Assembly (NCBI RefSeq): GCF_036365525.1
Contig: NC_090373.1
Location: forward strand, 98,241,461 to 98,305,460
DNA from: Heterodontus francisci
Taxonomy: Eukaryota
Reading direction: 5' to 3'
DNA length: 64,000 nucleotides
This document shows, in pieces, positions 1 to 12,700 of the stretch; positions within the stretch are counted from its first letter, which is position 1, and the number at the start of each line of letters is the position of its first letter. The notes beneath the pieces were generated by a model. It was given only the letters and a program-made list of their open reading frames with translations, searched no databases and was not told the origin of the DNA. The position numbers and the translations under genes are program-made.

Positions 1-225
1 GAAGGGAGTGAATGTTGAAGGTGGTGGATGGGGTACCAAACAAGCGGGCTGCTTTGTCCTGGATGGTGTTGAGCTTCTTGAGTGTTGTTGAAGCTGCACT
101 CATCCAGGCAAGTGGGGAGTATTCCATCACACTTCTGACATGTGCCTTGTAGATGGTGGACAGGCATTGGAGAGACAGGAGATGAGTTACTCGCTGCAGA
201 ATTCCCAGTCTCTGACCTGCTCTTT
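1..225 (-). mobile_element. CR1-group LINE (family A) ORF2 3' fragment
   Basis: Co-linear with the family A copies at ~4850-5070 and ~55065-55280 (RSVMEYSPLAW..KKLDTIQDKAARLI region). Confidence 0.85.
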
Positions 226-234
226 AGGGACATA

Positions 235-1232
235 TACTGCCCTTACCTAGTCTGGCCTGTATGTGACTGTCCTTCACAGTTGGCTTTTAACTGACCTCAG
301 AAATGGCCTGGCAAGCCACTCAGTCTTTCAAAATCACTACGAGAAACTATAATAAGAATACAACTGGACGCAACACATGGCATCAACCTAGGCTCCTGAT
401 TCGGGCATGGTAAAGGCATATCCAGATCAATTGATCCTGTAAAGTCCTGCTCACTAACATCTGGGGACGTGGGCCAAATTTGGCAGAGCTGTCCAACAGT
501 CTAGTCAAGTAACAACCTGACATAGTCATAGAATCATTCCTTACAGCTAACATCCTAGACTCTGGACCCCATGAAGACTCATGGAATCAAGTTAAACATG
601 GGCAAGGAAACCTCCTGCTGATTGCCACGTACCATCCTCCCTCAGCTGATAAATCAGTACTCCTCTATATTGGACACCACTTGGAAGAAGCATTAAGGGC
701 AACAAGGGCACAGAATGTACTGTGGGTGGAGGACTTCACTAAGAGTGGCTCGGTAGCACGACACTGACCAAGCTGGCTGAATCGTAAATGACATTGCTGC
801 AAGACTAGGCCTGCAGCAGCAGAGAACCAGTAACAGGGAAAAACCTATTTGACCCCATCCTCACTAATCTACCTGTTGCAGCTGCATCTGTCCATGACAG
901 TAATGATAAGAATGATCACCACACAGTTTTGTAGAAATGAAATCCCATCTTCACACTGAGAACAACTTCCATTGTGTTGTGTGGAATTATCACCATGTTA
1001 AATTGGAAACATTCAGAACACACAAGTCACACAGCATCCTGACTTGGAAATATATTGCTATTCCTTCATTGTGGCTGGGTCAAAATCTTGGAACTCTCTA
1101 CCTAACCTTCACCACATGGACTACAGCAGGTTCAAGAAGGCAGCTCACCACCACCTTCTCAAGGGAAATTAGGGATGGACAATAAATGCTGGCTTTGTCA
1201 GTGATGCCCATGTCCTGAGAATGAATAAAAAA
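235..1232 (+). mobile_element. Internally deleted family A LINE: AP-endonuclease region joined to the 3' end
   Basis: ~450-930 translates to endonuclease-like motifs (QPDIVI, HGQGNLLLIATYHPPS, NVLWVEDF, NLFDPILTN, DHH). At ~1020 it jumps to the family A 3' terminus ending gaatgaataaaaaa. Confidence 0.75.
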
Positions 1233-1234
1233 TT

Positions 1235-1620
1235 GTGGTCCACTGTGTCAAAGACTGCAACGAACTCGAAGCAGACAGAGAAGGAAGTGACAGCATGATC
1301 ACTGTGAATGTCATTCACGTCTTTGGTTTGGGCCTTCTCAGTGCTGTTGAAGGGTAGAAACTAGATTTTAGAAATTCAAGAAGGCAGTTGTGGGAGAGAT
1401 TGGCATAGATCTGGAAGCAATAACACATTCAAGGGCTTAGGAGAGGAAAGGGAGGTTAGAGATCGAACAGTAATTTGCAAGATCAGAGGGGTCGAGGGTG
1501 ACTATATTGAAGAAAGGGTGATGATGCAATTTTGAAAGGTAGTGAGACAATGCCTGAGGTGAGGGAACCATTTGCAATGTCAGCTAATCTAGGAAGGGAA
1601 GTTAACAAGAAAGAGATTGA
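1235..1620 (-). mobile_element. L2 LINE RT fragment
   Basis: Minus strand gives FVAVFDTVDH, a decayed L2 LDLSAAFDTVDH motif. Confidence 0.65.
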
Positions 1621-1639
1621 AGGAGGAGGAGGTGTGTCC

Positions 1640-2510
1640 CATAGGAACACAGGAATATAGGAGCAGGAGTAGGCCATTCAGCCCATCGAGCCTGCTCCAC
1701 CATTCAATACAATCATGACTGATCATCCACTTCAATACATTTTTCCCACACTAACCCCATATCCCTTTTTATCACTGGTATTTAGAAATCTGTCAATCTC
1801 TACTTTAAACATACTCAATGAATGAGCTTCCACAGCTCTCTGGGGTAGAGAATTCCAAAGATTCACAACCCTCTGAGTAAAGAAATTTCTCCTCATCTCT
1901 CTCCTAAGTGGCTTCCCCCTTATTTTGGAATTGTTTCCCCTGGTTCTAGAGTCCGCAACCATGGGAAACATCTTAGCTGTATCTACCCTGTCTATCCCTT
2001 TAAGTATTTTGTAGGTTTCAATTAGATCACCTTTCATTATTCGAAACTCTGGAGAATACATGTCCAGTTTCCCCAATATCTCTTCATATAACAGTCCCGC
2101 CATCCGGGAACAAGGTTGGTGAACCTTCGTTGCGCTCCCTCTATGGCAATAATATCCTTCCTAAGGTAAGGGGACTAAAACTGCACACAATACACCAGGT
2201 GCGGTCTTACCAAGGTTTTAAACAATTGAAGCAAAACTTCACTACTCCTTTACTCAAATTCTCTTGCGATAAAGGCTGACATACCATTTTAAATAGCCTT
2301 TTTAATTGCTTGCTGCACCTGTATGTTAGCTTTCAGTGACTTATTGATGAGGACATACAGGTCCCTTTCTGCATCTACACTTTCTAATCTCTTCCCATTT
2401 AATACTCTGTATATTTATTCTTCTTACCAAAATGGATAACCTCACATTTTTCCACATTATATTCCATCTGCCACGTTCTTGCCCACTCACTAAATCTGTC
2501 CAAATTCCCA
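1640..2510 (-). mobile_element. CR1 LINE, 5'-truncated (ORF2 C-terminus + 3' UTR)
   Basis: ORFs 1732-2103 (GDLIETYKILKG..RNFFTQRVVNLWNSLP) and 2399-2510 (EWARTWQMEYNVEKCEVIHFG); CR1-type tail at ~1640-1700. Confidence 0.92.
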
Positions 2511-2744
2511 TTGACGACATTAACTTGGACATAACATGAGGGGGCAATGAAAAATAAATTAGACTGCAATAGGGGTTCAGGACAAGGGTAGGGAGTGCAC
2601 ACTGGTAAAGGGTCATGTATGTGGCTTATCCCCAGTTTCCCTGAAAAGGTAGGTGTGGTGGTAGACTTTCCCCTTGAATTGCCACAGCCCTTGTGATGAT
2701 GATGCTCCCACAATGGTGTCGGGAGGGAATTTCAGGATATTGAC

Positions 2745-2962
2745 ACAGAGGGCTGTGAACCTTTGGAATTCTGAACTCAGAGAGCTCTAGCGGCTGAGTC
2801 ATTGAATATATTCAAAACTGAGATTGACAGATTTTTGAATTATAGGGGAGCCAAGAGTTATGGGGAACAGGCAGGAAAGTGGAGTTGAGGCCAAGATCAG
2901 ATTAGCCATGATCTCATTGAAAGGGGACTTTTGGCCTACTCCTGCTCCTATTTCTTATGCTC
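2745..2962 (+). mobile_element. CR1 3'-end fragment
   Basis: Decayed V.LWNS.. region followed by the tail ggcctactcctgctcctatttcttatg. Confidence 0.75.
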
Positions 2963-3112
2963 TCATGATGAAGACATGACAATATACACATCCAATTCAA
3001 GAAGGCATGTGACTTAGTGAGGAAGTTGGTGTAAACATTGTTGTCCTTGTCCTTTTAAATCGTAGAGGTTGCATGGAGCAGAATCATTTCAAAATGCCCT
3101 TGGTGAGTCTGT

Positions 3113-3272
3113 AGAATCATAGAAACTTACAGCACAAAAGGAGGCCATTCGGCTGGTTGTGTCTGAGCTGTCTCTTTGAAAGAGCAATCTTGCTTAGTCC
3201 CACATCCCCTGCCTTTTGTCCATAGCCCTGTAAGTTCCTCATCCTTGAGTACCTGTCTAACTCCATTTTGAG
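3113..3272 (-). mobile_element. CR1 3'-end fragment
   Basis: agaatcatagaa..ggaggccattcggc tail; ELDRY..LQGYG translation. Confidence 0.75.
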
Positions 3273-3360
3273 CTGCGACATTGTGTCCTGTAGATCACAA
3301 TATACTGTAAATACTGTGCCTGATTGGGCGGTTGGCAGGGGCATCAATTAAGCAAACTAC

Positions 3361-5605
3361 ACAAAAGCAAAATACTGCGGATGCTGGAAACCTGAAATCT
3401 ATTCTCCCAGTTTCTCTGTCTCCATCGCATCTGTTCAGGCAATTCAACCTTCCATACCAGCGCTTCCGATATTTCTTCCTTTTTCCTCAACCAAGGATTC
3501 CCACCCACTGTGGTTAATGGAACCCTCGACCATGTCCGTTCTAATTCAAAAACTTCTGCTCTCACCTCTTCCCCTCCCTCCCAGATCCACAATAGTGTTC
3601 CCCTTGTCCTCACCTTCCACCCCACCAGTATCCATATTCAATGGATCATCCTCTGCCATTTCTGCCACCTCCAGCGTGATGCCACCACCAAACACATCTT
3701 CCCTCCCCTTTTAGCATTCCAAAGGGACCATCCCCTCCACAACACCATGGTCCACTCCTCAGTCACCCCCAACACCACCTCCCTTTCCTACGGCATTTTC
3801 CATGCAAGTGCAGGAGATGTAACACCTGCCCTTTTACCTCCTACCTTCTCACTATTCAAGGCCTCAAACACTTTTTTCAGGTGAAACGACAATTTACTTA
3901 TACTTGTTTCAATTTAGCATATAATGTATTCGCTGCCTGGGGAGCAGACTGGGTGACTGCGTGACTGCTTTGCAGAAAGCCTCTGCCGAGCCTACAAAGT
4001 GTGATCCTGAGCTTCCAGTTTCCTGTCATTTAAATCCTCCACCTTGCTTCCACTCTGACCTATCTGACCTTGCCTGCTGTAGTGTAACAATAAAGTTCAA
4101 TGCAAGCTCAAAGAACAGCATCTCATCTTTCTACTGGGCACTTTACAGCCTTCTGGACTCAACAATTAGTTCAGTAATTTTAGATCATAACCTCTGTTTC
4201 ATTTTTCTTTGCTGGTTTGTTTTTATCTCTCATTTCTCTCTAATTTCCTTTATTTTACTTTTGCATGGCAGATATTGAGATTTTGCATGGCAGCTATTGA
4301 GAATTCGACCATTCACACCTCCTCAGGACACATCTTTTGTTTCTTTACTTGTCCCATTACCACACCCTTTGGCCTTGCACCATGAAACCTACCCTCCACC
4401 CTTTCACAGACTTTCCCTTTTGTTCATCTTTCCACCCTCCCCTATTATACTTGCACAAAACCTTTTTTTTTCATTCATGGGACGTGGGCGACGCTGGCCA
4501 GGCCAGCATTTATTGCCCATCCCTAATTGCCCTTGAGAAGGTGGTGGTGAGCTGCCTTCTTGAACGGCTGCAGTCCATGTGGGGTAGGTATACCCACAGT
4601 GCTGTTAGGAAGGGAGTTCCAGGATTTTGACCCAGCGACAGTGAAGGAACGGCGATATAGTTCCAAGTCAGGATGGTGTGTGATTTGGAGGGAAACTTGC
4701 AGGTGGTGGTGTTCCCATGTATTTGCTGCCGTTGTCCTTCTAGTTGGTAGAGGTCGCGGGTTTGGAAGGTGCTGTCTAAGGAGCCTTGGTGCATTGCTGC
4801 AGTGCATTTTGTAGATGGTACAGACTGCTGCCGCTGTGCGTCGGTGGTGGAGGGAGTGAATGCTTGTAGATGGGGTGCCAATCAAGCGGGCTGCTTTGTC
4901 CTGGAATAGTGTCGAGCTTCTTGAGTGTTGTTGGAGCTGCACCCATCCAGGCAAGTGGAGAGTATTCCATCACACTCCTGACTTGTGCCTTGTAGATGGT
5001 GGACAGGTTTTGGGGAGTCAGGAGGTGAGCTACTCGCCTCAGGATTCCTAGCCTCTGACCTGCTCTTGTAGCCACGGTATTTATATGGCTACTCCAGTTC
5101 AGTTTCTGGTCAATGGTAGCCCCTAGGATGTTGATAGTGGGGGATACAGCAATGGTAATGCTGTTGAATGTCAAGGGGAGATGGTTAGATTCTCTCTTGT
5201 TGGAGATGGTCATTGCCTGGCACTTGTGTGGCGCGAATGTTACTTGCCACTTATCAGCCTAAGCCTGGAGATTGTCCAGGTCTTGCTGCATTTCTACACG
5301 GACTGCTTCAGTATCTGAGGAGTCACGAATGGTGCTGAACATTGTGCAATCATCAGCGAACACCCCCACTTCTGACCTTATGATTGAAGGAAGGTCATTG
5401 ATGAAGCAGCTGAAGATGGTTGGGCCCAGGACACTACCCTGAGGAACTCCTGCAGTGATGTCCTGGAGCTGAGATGATTGACCTCCAACAACCACAACCA
5501 TCTTCCTTTGCATTTCTAACTTTTCCCTGTTCTGATGAAGGGTCACAGAGCTGGAACATTAACTCTGTTTCTCTCTCCTCAGATACTGTCAGACCTGTTG
5601 AGTAA
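3361..5605 (+). mobile_element. Penelope-like element (3' part), interrupted by a family A LINE
   Basis: PLVLTFHPTS..HLQRDATTKHIFP and a decayed GIY-YIG region match the minus copy at 41660-44010. The terminal repeat resumes at ~5512-5605 after the LINE; a short inverted terminal fragment lies at 3361-3398. Confidence 0.8.
4463..5511 (-). mobile_element. Family A CR1-group LINE, 5'-truncated, with RT domain
   Basis: GVPQGSVLGPTIFSCFINDL and VFADD RT motifs (ORF 5259-5546); poly(T)/ttcattcat tail at 4463. Confidence 0.92.
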
Positions 5606-5887
5606 TCATGCACACTGTTACATCTTGGATGGGTTCAAGCTTCTTGAATGCTGTTGTAGCTGCAAGCATTCAGGCACCATCCTAATGAACCTTGTAATTG
5701 GTGGAGAGTTTTTGAGTAGTGAGGAGATGAGTCACTAAGCAAAGACTGACTGGTCTCTGCCTTGCTCTGCAGACCATTTAAAATGGCTCTATCAAAAACT
5801 TTATCAAACCCAAATCACCTCTTTTGGAAAAGTTCTGCAAAATCCTCCTGGAAAGTAAATCAAGGAAATTCCACAATTTTTATTTTC

Positions 5888-6205
5888 TTTTTTCATGGGA
5901 TGTGTGCATCGCTGGCAAGGCCAGTATTTATTATCCATCTCTTCTTGCCCTTGAGAAGGTGATGGTGAGCTGCCTTCTTGAACCGCTGCAGGCCATGTGG
6001 TGCCAGTATACCCACAGTGCTGTTGGGGAGGGAATTCCAGGTATTTGACGCAGTGATTGTGAAGGAACAGCGATATAGTTTCAAGTCAGGATGATGTGTG
6101 GCTTGGAGGGGTCTTGCAGATGGTGGTGTTCCCATGCATCTGCTGCCCTTGTCCTTCTAGGTGGTAGAGGTTGTGAATTTGGAAGGTGCTGTTGAAGGAG
6201 GTTTG
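5888..6205 (-). mobile_element. Family A LINE 3' fragment
   Basis: Near-identical to 4463-4780. Confidence 0.85.
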
Positions 6206-6253
6206 GCATATACATTCTTTGTGATTCAACCCAGACCAGCACAATTATTATGA

Positions 6254-6621
6254 TGTGTATACCATCTACAAGATGCACTGCGGCAATGCACCAAGGCTCC
6301 TTAGACAGCACCTTCCAAACTCGCAACCTCTACCAACTAGAAGGACAAGGGCAGCAAATACATGGGAACACCACCACCTGCAAGTTCCCCTCCAAATCAC
6401 ACACCATCCTGACTTGGAACTATATCGCCGTTCCTTCACTGTCGCTGGGTCAAAATCCTGGAACTCCCTTCCTAACAGCACTGTGGGTGTACCTATCCCA
6501 CACGGACTGCAGCGGTTCAAGAAGGCAGCTCACCACCGCCTTCTCAAGGGCAATTAGGGATTGGCAATAAATGCTGGCCTAGCCAGCAACGCCTACATCC
6601 CATGAATGAATTTTTAAAAAA
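6254..6621 (+). mobile_element. Family A LINE 3' fragment
   Basis: IYKMHC.NAPRLLRQHLPN..FKKAAHH; tail catgaatgaatttttaaaaaa. Confidence 0.9.
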
Positions 6622-7231
6622 TGCCCAGAGTTTAGGAGCCATCTTGTTCCATGTAAGATAATGAATCTGTTTTTAACACTTCTGCTGTAGGGATTTGGGT
6701 TATATAATGTATTCTGGCTATTACTACCTGTGATTTGCCAGCCAGAGAATTAAAATTTGTAAAGGTTACCATGACATGATTTTGAGCAAAGAATATGAAC
6801 TGTGAAATGCAGAAAAGCAGAAATAATGCTCCACAAGAACCCTGGAATAATATTTTTTTAAAGTCTGTTTTTTAAAAGTTCTGTAATGTTCTAAGTAATG
6901 GGTTGGTTTTCTGCTCTGTCACAACAGAATTTCACACCCATGCAACAGTTTGGTTGCACAGTAAACAAAGGACCCTGAATCAGTACAAAAAGATTCTGAA
7001 GACAACCTCATAGAGGGTAGATTTGGGAAAAAATAGGAATTAGTAAAGTAAAATAAAGTGTGTGAGGAGAGAACAGCTGGTGTTAACTGCCTGTGTGGTT
7101 GCCAAAAAGAAAAATTTGGAATAAAAGAATTGTTTGCTGAAGGTGGTAAAGATCAAACGAACCATAACATGTGCATGTAAAAGGAAGTAGTAATTTCTGG
7201 GATTTCCACTTATGTGCTTTTAGTTTTACAG

Positions 7232-7384
7232 ATAGAAAAGGCCAATTTGTCTCCTTCTGATGATTGTTATTTATATCCATATTTGTTTTCAGAAGGCTTT
7301 GAGACATGTGTTCCACTTTTTAAAGAGGAAAATGACAATTCAAGGATGACATATTTCAAGCTGAAAGACAACAATGAAAATAAA
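7232..7384 (+). CDS. Candidate internal coding exon (unknown protein)
   Basis: ttttagttttacag| ... |gtatgt; 153 nt, phase 0-0, open frame IEKANLSP..DNNENK. No recognisable homology. Confidence 0.25.
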
Positions 7385-7619
7385 GTATGTAGTGAAACAT
7401 CTAAATTTTAATTACCTTTCTAAACCATTATCTTTGCTTCTTATAGAGATATTAAAATGAAGTTAATGTATATATCCTCTGTTGAATTGTGAACCAATAC
7501 TCAAAATTACAGAAGTACAAGACAAAAAATAAATATTTTTTGGAAGAATTCTCTTTGCCATAAAATGCACTTAAAAGCATTGTGTGCATTAGCTGTGTAG
7601 TAGCCTTTGCTCAGGATAG

Positions 7620-9029
7620 ATGCAGACCCTGGCATTATGCATCTATCCTGAGTCTCAGTGCAGCTTCAGAGCTGGCAGATCGACAGTCGACAAGATTTTC
7701 TCACTTCTGCAGTTACCGGAAAAGTGCTGCGAACAGCACAGACCACTTTACATTGCCTTCATAGACCTCACCAAGGCCTTTGATCTTGTCAGCAGAGATG
7801 GACTCTTCAAACTGCTGCAGAAAATAGGCAGCCCTTCTGGACTCCTGGGCATCATTTCTTCCTTCCACAAGACGTTTTCATGATCAGCAGCGGAGTAAAG
7901 CAGGGCTGCATCCTGTCGCCAACACCCTTTGGCGTACTTTTCTTCATGCTGCTATTTTACGCTTTCGGTGACTCAAATGAGGGTGTCTACCTGCATGCCA
8001 GAGCTGACGGCAAGCTGTTTAACTTGGCAAGACTGCATGCCAAGACCAAAGTGTGTGAAGTCCTAGTCCATGAGTTGCTGTTTGCTGATGATGCCACGCT
8101 GGCATCGCATACTGAAGTTCACTTGCAGCAGCTTGTAGATCGGTTCTCCTGGGCCTGCAAGGAGTTTGGACTGACAATTAGCTTCAGGAAGACCAAAGTT
8201 ATGGGCCAGGACTTAGACACTCCACCTTCCATCAACATAGGCAACCTCACACTGGAGGTCTTCAACAGCTTCACATACCTTGCATCAAAAATCACCGGCA
8301 TCCTGTCCCTTGATGCCGAAATCAGCACCAGGATTGCCAAGGCTGCAGCTGTCATGTCAAAGGTAAGAAGGTGAGTGTGAACCAACAGCAAACTAACTGA
8401 AATTACAAAGCTCCCCGAGTACCAGGCTTGTGTTCTGAACACCCTCCTTTACAGTAATTAAAGCGTGGACAACTTATGCAAGCCAAGAAAAGCAGCTAAC
8501 AGCTTCTGCCTCCGCTGCCTCAGATGGATATTGAGCAGGACAGAGTGTTAAATATGGAAGTACACCAGTGTGCAGGGATCCCTGGTATGTTTGTCCTCCT
8601 GAGTCAGTGGCAACTCCGTTGATTGGGTCATGTGAGCCGAATGGATGACGGCTGCATCCCCAAAGACATGGTCTATGGCGAGCTTGCTATCAGCACAAGA
8701 CCAACAGGACATCTGCAATACAAGGATGTCTGCAAACGAGACCTCAAGTTAACTGGGATCGGAGTTGATGCATGGGAAGTCCTTGCTGCTGACCGGAATG
8801 CCTGGAGACAAGCAGTCAGGAAGGGTGTGGAAAAAGCAGAGGACAAAAGAAATGACCAGATGGCAGAAAAGAGAGTCCGGCGGAAGGGAAAAACATCAGT
8901 CAACCTTAGGCCAACGTATTCATCTGCCAGCTGCAGAAGGAATTGCCACTCATGAGTCAGCCTCTATAGCCAGAACAGATGATGTTCAATTCAGAAGTGA
9001 CATCGTCACCCGAGACAGACGGATGCCAT
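7620..9029 (+). mobile_element. RTE-clade (BovB-like) LINE, decayed RT and 3' end
   Basis: YPESQCSFRAGRSTVD, FIDLTKAFDLVSR, GVKQGCILSP, LLFADD, GHVSRMDDG.IPK motifs; several frameshifts and a deletion. Confidence 0.9.
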
Positions 9030-9877
9030 CAGTCTTTGCTCATTCCATTTACTGCCATTTCTGATGCAGAGGAGCATTAATGGTTCGCAGTTACTTTTGC
9101 TTTGTTCATGTTTGCAACTCTGAAGCATAAACTGAGCTTCCACATAGAGAGATGTGATAGCGCAATAATTTCTACCACCAGAATGCTGAGTCATAGAATG
9201 GGTCATAGTCTGGGAAATGTATGATTTTCAGCCATGCTTCTCAATCTTCAAGAAAAGTGCTAAGTAGAACTCAGAAGTTCCTCAGAGAGAGAGATGGTGA
9301 TTGTCACCTACCTCCGATCCTGATTATGCTGAAAATGGGGCAGCTGGCAGATGATACTTTTTAAGAAATCGCTCACCCCTTGACTAACTGTGGCCTGCCC
9401 AATGCAGTATTCAAGTAAGCCTGAAAATGGGAAGCCAGCACTCCTACCCACAATAAGCAGGAGCCTACTTGACTTGTCACAGACTGCCTCGTACCAATTG
9501 GTACTCAGCGTCGTGCAGCTGAACCAGTGGCCTTCAAAAGGCCATCCATTAAACAGCCACAAAAAATCTTGCTGTGTGCTTTTGTGGGATCAGGAGGAGC
9601 AGGAATGATGACTTTACTCCAGAATGCTTACCCCATCCTTTAACTTTTTTTTCCACTTTGGCTCTGCTATGGAGCTGTTTGATTTTCTCGTCTCTTCACT
9701 TCGAATGCAGTTTCACAGAGGTGAAGGACTTACTTCCTTTTATAATTTCCCCAGTTTAACTTGCAGCCTGGTTACAAACTTTACATGCCATGTGCAGAAT
9801 AATTATCATTTATTGCATACTGCTTTCAAAGTGGAAGACCATTGGAAGCATACAGTACCCCATTAACTGGGTCTTTA

Positions 9878-11372
9878 TGGCCCTAAATTTCTGCAACAAT
9901 TTTAATTCATTTTTACAGCGCATATGCAGCAACTTCTTGACACTCATGCAGAGGTTGCCGATGAGCTCCAGTTTTGCAAGGCTTATGGCAGCACGGCACA
10001 AATTATCCAGCAATTTATGGCGATTCACAGCCTATGGTGGGCAGAATTTTACCGGCTCCTCGACACCGTGGGTCACACCCTTGCTCACCTGCTGTGTACT
10101 GGTCCACATCTGCAGCATCCCTGTGTAACCCATTAGAGGCAGCAGCTGACTGAGATAATGTCCATGTCACTGCATCCATGGAGATGCTCATGAATAATGA
10201 TGGCATGGCAATGATGTTATTGCATACGTTGGCTCTCCTGAAGGGCCAACAGTGCAAAGGGATGTGACATTGGCGCTACATGCTGGCACACATCATTCAG
10301 ACAGAGAAAAGGACACACATGTTGGTGAGGAACATTTAGTGAAAGCTGTATTAACATTGCTGTGACACCCGTGCATTCCCATTTGTGTCAATGTGTTCTC
10401 TGTAAACGCTTGTGAGTGCCCCTTCTTGGTGCAGCCTCTGCGCTAGCAGCCTGACTGGAAGAAGGCTGCTGATCTGATTGCCCTTTGGCTGTGGATGACT
10501 TTGGCGCTCATACCCTGTGCGCACGAGGCCTAGAGGGCCCCGGCTGGCTGGGGGAGTGCTCGTTCATCCCCTTCCAGCTTTGGACCCTTTGACAGCTGAT
10601 GGCCCCCCAACTATTCACCTCCTCTGCCATCTCCAGCGAGACTGCCTTGTTCAGGCAGAAGGGCCTTTTGTTAGCATCGCTGGTGAAAAGGACCTCCGAC
10701 CTTGCCCGCACAGCCTGGAGGAAAGTGAGCAGGGAGGCATCGCTGAACTGTGGGGAACCCTAGAGTACCACTCTGCCATCCTCGGCTTTTAGTGTGGTCC
10801 TTTAAATGCAAAAGTGACTCCACCGTGTAACCGCTCGAACTTCTGGCTGCAAGGACTAGTGAGGAAATCTGTGCTGGAACTTGGTTACAGACCAAAAAGT
10901 TAATTCAGCTTCTCTCTCCACAGATGCTACCTGACTTGCTGAGTGACCCCAGCACTTTCTGCTTTGCTGCCTGATTGACAGCAGCCCCACTCTTCAACAG
11001 TGAGGTAAATATTTCTTTGACAGATGTCAGGAAGCAGGTGCTGGGGCGCATTAAATAGGGCCCCAGCACCTGCTGCACAGCTGTCATATGGTTCCTCACT
11101 GCACCAGCTGTCCCGCCTCTCCCCACTTAATATGGGGTGGGGGGGGGGGTTGCAGCTCGTCGCAGTGATGCTAATGAGCTCGCACGCATAATATCGCGGG
11201 GGCTCGGCGGTGACCGCAGAATGTGGGCATGCCGCCAAGTTCAACTGTGCGGCGCCCAAATAAAATTCAGCTTGTGTATCTCTTCCTAACTACAATTTTC
11301 TGAGATTTTTTTGCACATTAATAATGGCGTGCACCATGGATTCGCCATTGTTTTTGCAGCAAATTCTGGCCC
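9878..11372. mobile_element. Harbinger-type MITE hosting a nested Harbinger element
   Basis: Imperfect TIRs tggccctaaattt / aaattctggccc. Confidence 0.5.
10039..11273 (-). mobile_element. Non-autonomous PIF/Harbinger element with Myb/SANT-like gene remnant
   Basis: TIRs gggcagaatttta / taaaattcagctt. Minus strand 10508-10760 gives FSDASL..LQAVRARSEVLF..EMAEEVNS, a Harbinger Myb/SANT (MSANTD/NAIF1-like) domain. Confidence 0.75.
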
Positions 11373-11986
11373 AACATCTTTTGTCAACCCAAAATGTCAA
11401 TTTACTTAACTTGTTTAAACCCATACACTAGGATAGCAAAAATATACCTTATTTTGAAGTTTTGAGACATTGTGTTTCCTTCCAGAGTCATAGTTCTCTG
11501 TCCAATGTGTACATACCACAGGTTCCCGAAATCTGTTTCATGATCCATATCCACCAAACTATTTCCAGCTGGATTGAAGACAAGTACATTTTTGTTTAGT
11601 GCAGCATTCCAGAAAGCAGATCAATGAGTCTCTAGTCTGGATGCCAACGTCCATTAAAAAAATGTTTAACTACTTTTAAACCCTTTTTATTTTAAGATGT
11701 TTTATTCACTATTCCCATATTTTATATATATGTAAGGTTTATGATTACTGTGTTGTCTTACTCTGAAAGACTCTTTTAAATTCATAAAGGGCAGGAAAAA
11801 GACCTCATTGCGCCTGCTTTACAGGTGTATAATGGGCAAAACAAGGGCTGGTTTTGGGGAGCAAAATTCAGTCCTCAAGGGACACCTGAAAAACGCCCAA
11901 CTCAGACTTGGATCAGGTCATTTTTTGTATGGTAAGGTTGTGAAAGACAAGCAAGCTATAACAATGTGTGACACATAGTCTGGAGA

Positions 11987-12700
11987 CTACTGTAGATCCC
12001 CTCTCATTCTGGCAAGGCAACAAAAGTGTGCTTTTAGGTCTCTTACGGTCTTCTCAATGACTAATCTAGAAGAGATATGGGCCTTGTTATCGCAATACAA
12101 TGCTGTACAGGCTACTGTTAGTGGGATTATTATGTATAGGAGAAAGGGGTAGGCTATGTCACCAAGAAGCTTTCCATTGACTTGGTTTCCTTCCCTGAAG
12201 AGGTCAGGAAGGGCCAAATTTGGAAGGTAAGTACATTGTGACGACTTCCAATATATGTGGTGTTGTCATGGATCCTCTTTGCATGTTGCCATCTGTAAAT
12301 TGAGGGAGTGAGTCCTTTCCTATTGAGATAGCTGAGAGAGTTTTCTGTCAAAGTTCACAAAGCAACATGTGTGCCATCAATTTCATCATGAACCTTGGGA
12401 AAGCCAGCAACTGAATAGAACGAGCTTGCTGCTGCCTTCCTGTGATAAATTCCACAGCTCTCCTGTAATGCACGTCAATGACCTGATATATTAATTCTCA
12501 CACTGCAGCTTGGCTGCTCTCAATAGAGATCACCTATGGTTGTGTGAAATAAGTCTGAGTTATCAAAGTTGAGTGCAGTGATCATCTTTAGAGTCATGTG
12601 GGCAGATCGTCATAGCCACAGAGAGACTAGTGCTGGCTGGTAATTGTACAGCAGGTGACAGAGCTGTCCACTATTGTGTCTTTGATAAAGGTCCACTCTA
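11987..12700 (-). mobile_element. Decayed Harbinger (HARBI1-like, DDE_Tnp_4) transposase
   Basis: VAGFPKVHDEIDGTHVA (GFP...IDGTH), YLNRKG, LLGDIAYP and VIEKTVRDLKAHFCCL motifs. Confidence 0.85.

Noticed and set aside
9312-9420. Minus-strand exon-like segment with good splice sites
   Set aside because: It lies in sequence resembling the MITE-like repeats, which commonly carry GTAAGT/GTAGGT motifs; the peptide is unrecognisable.
9810-10136. Protein-like ORFs on both strands
   Set aside because: They fall largely inside the MITE 9878-11372 and cross into a nested element.
11987-12700. Domesticated HARBI1 host gene
   Set aside because: Multiple frameshifts and stops; a decayed transposon copy.
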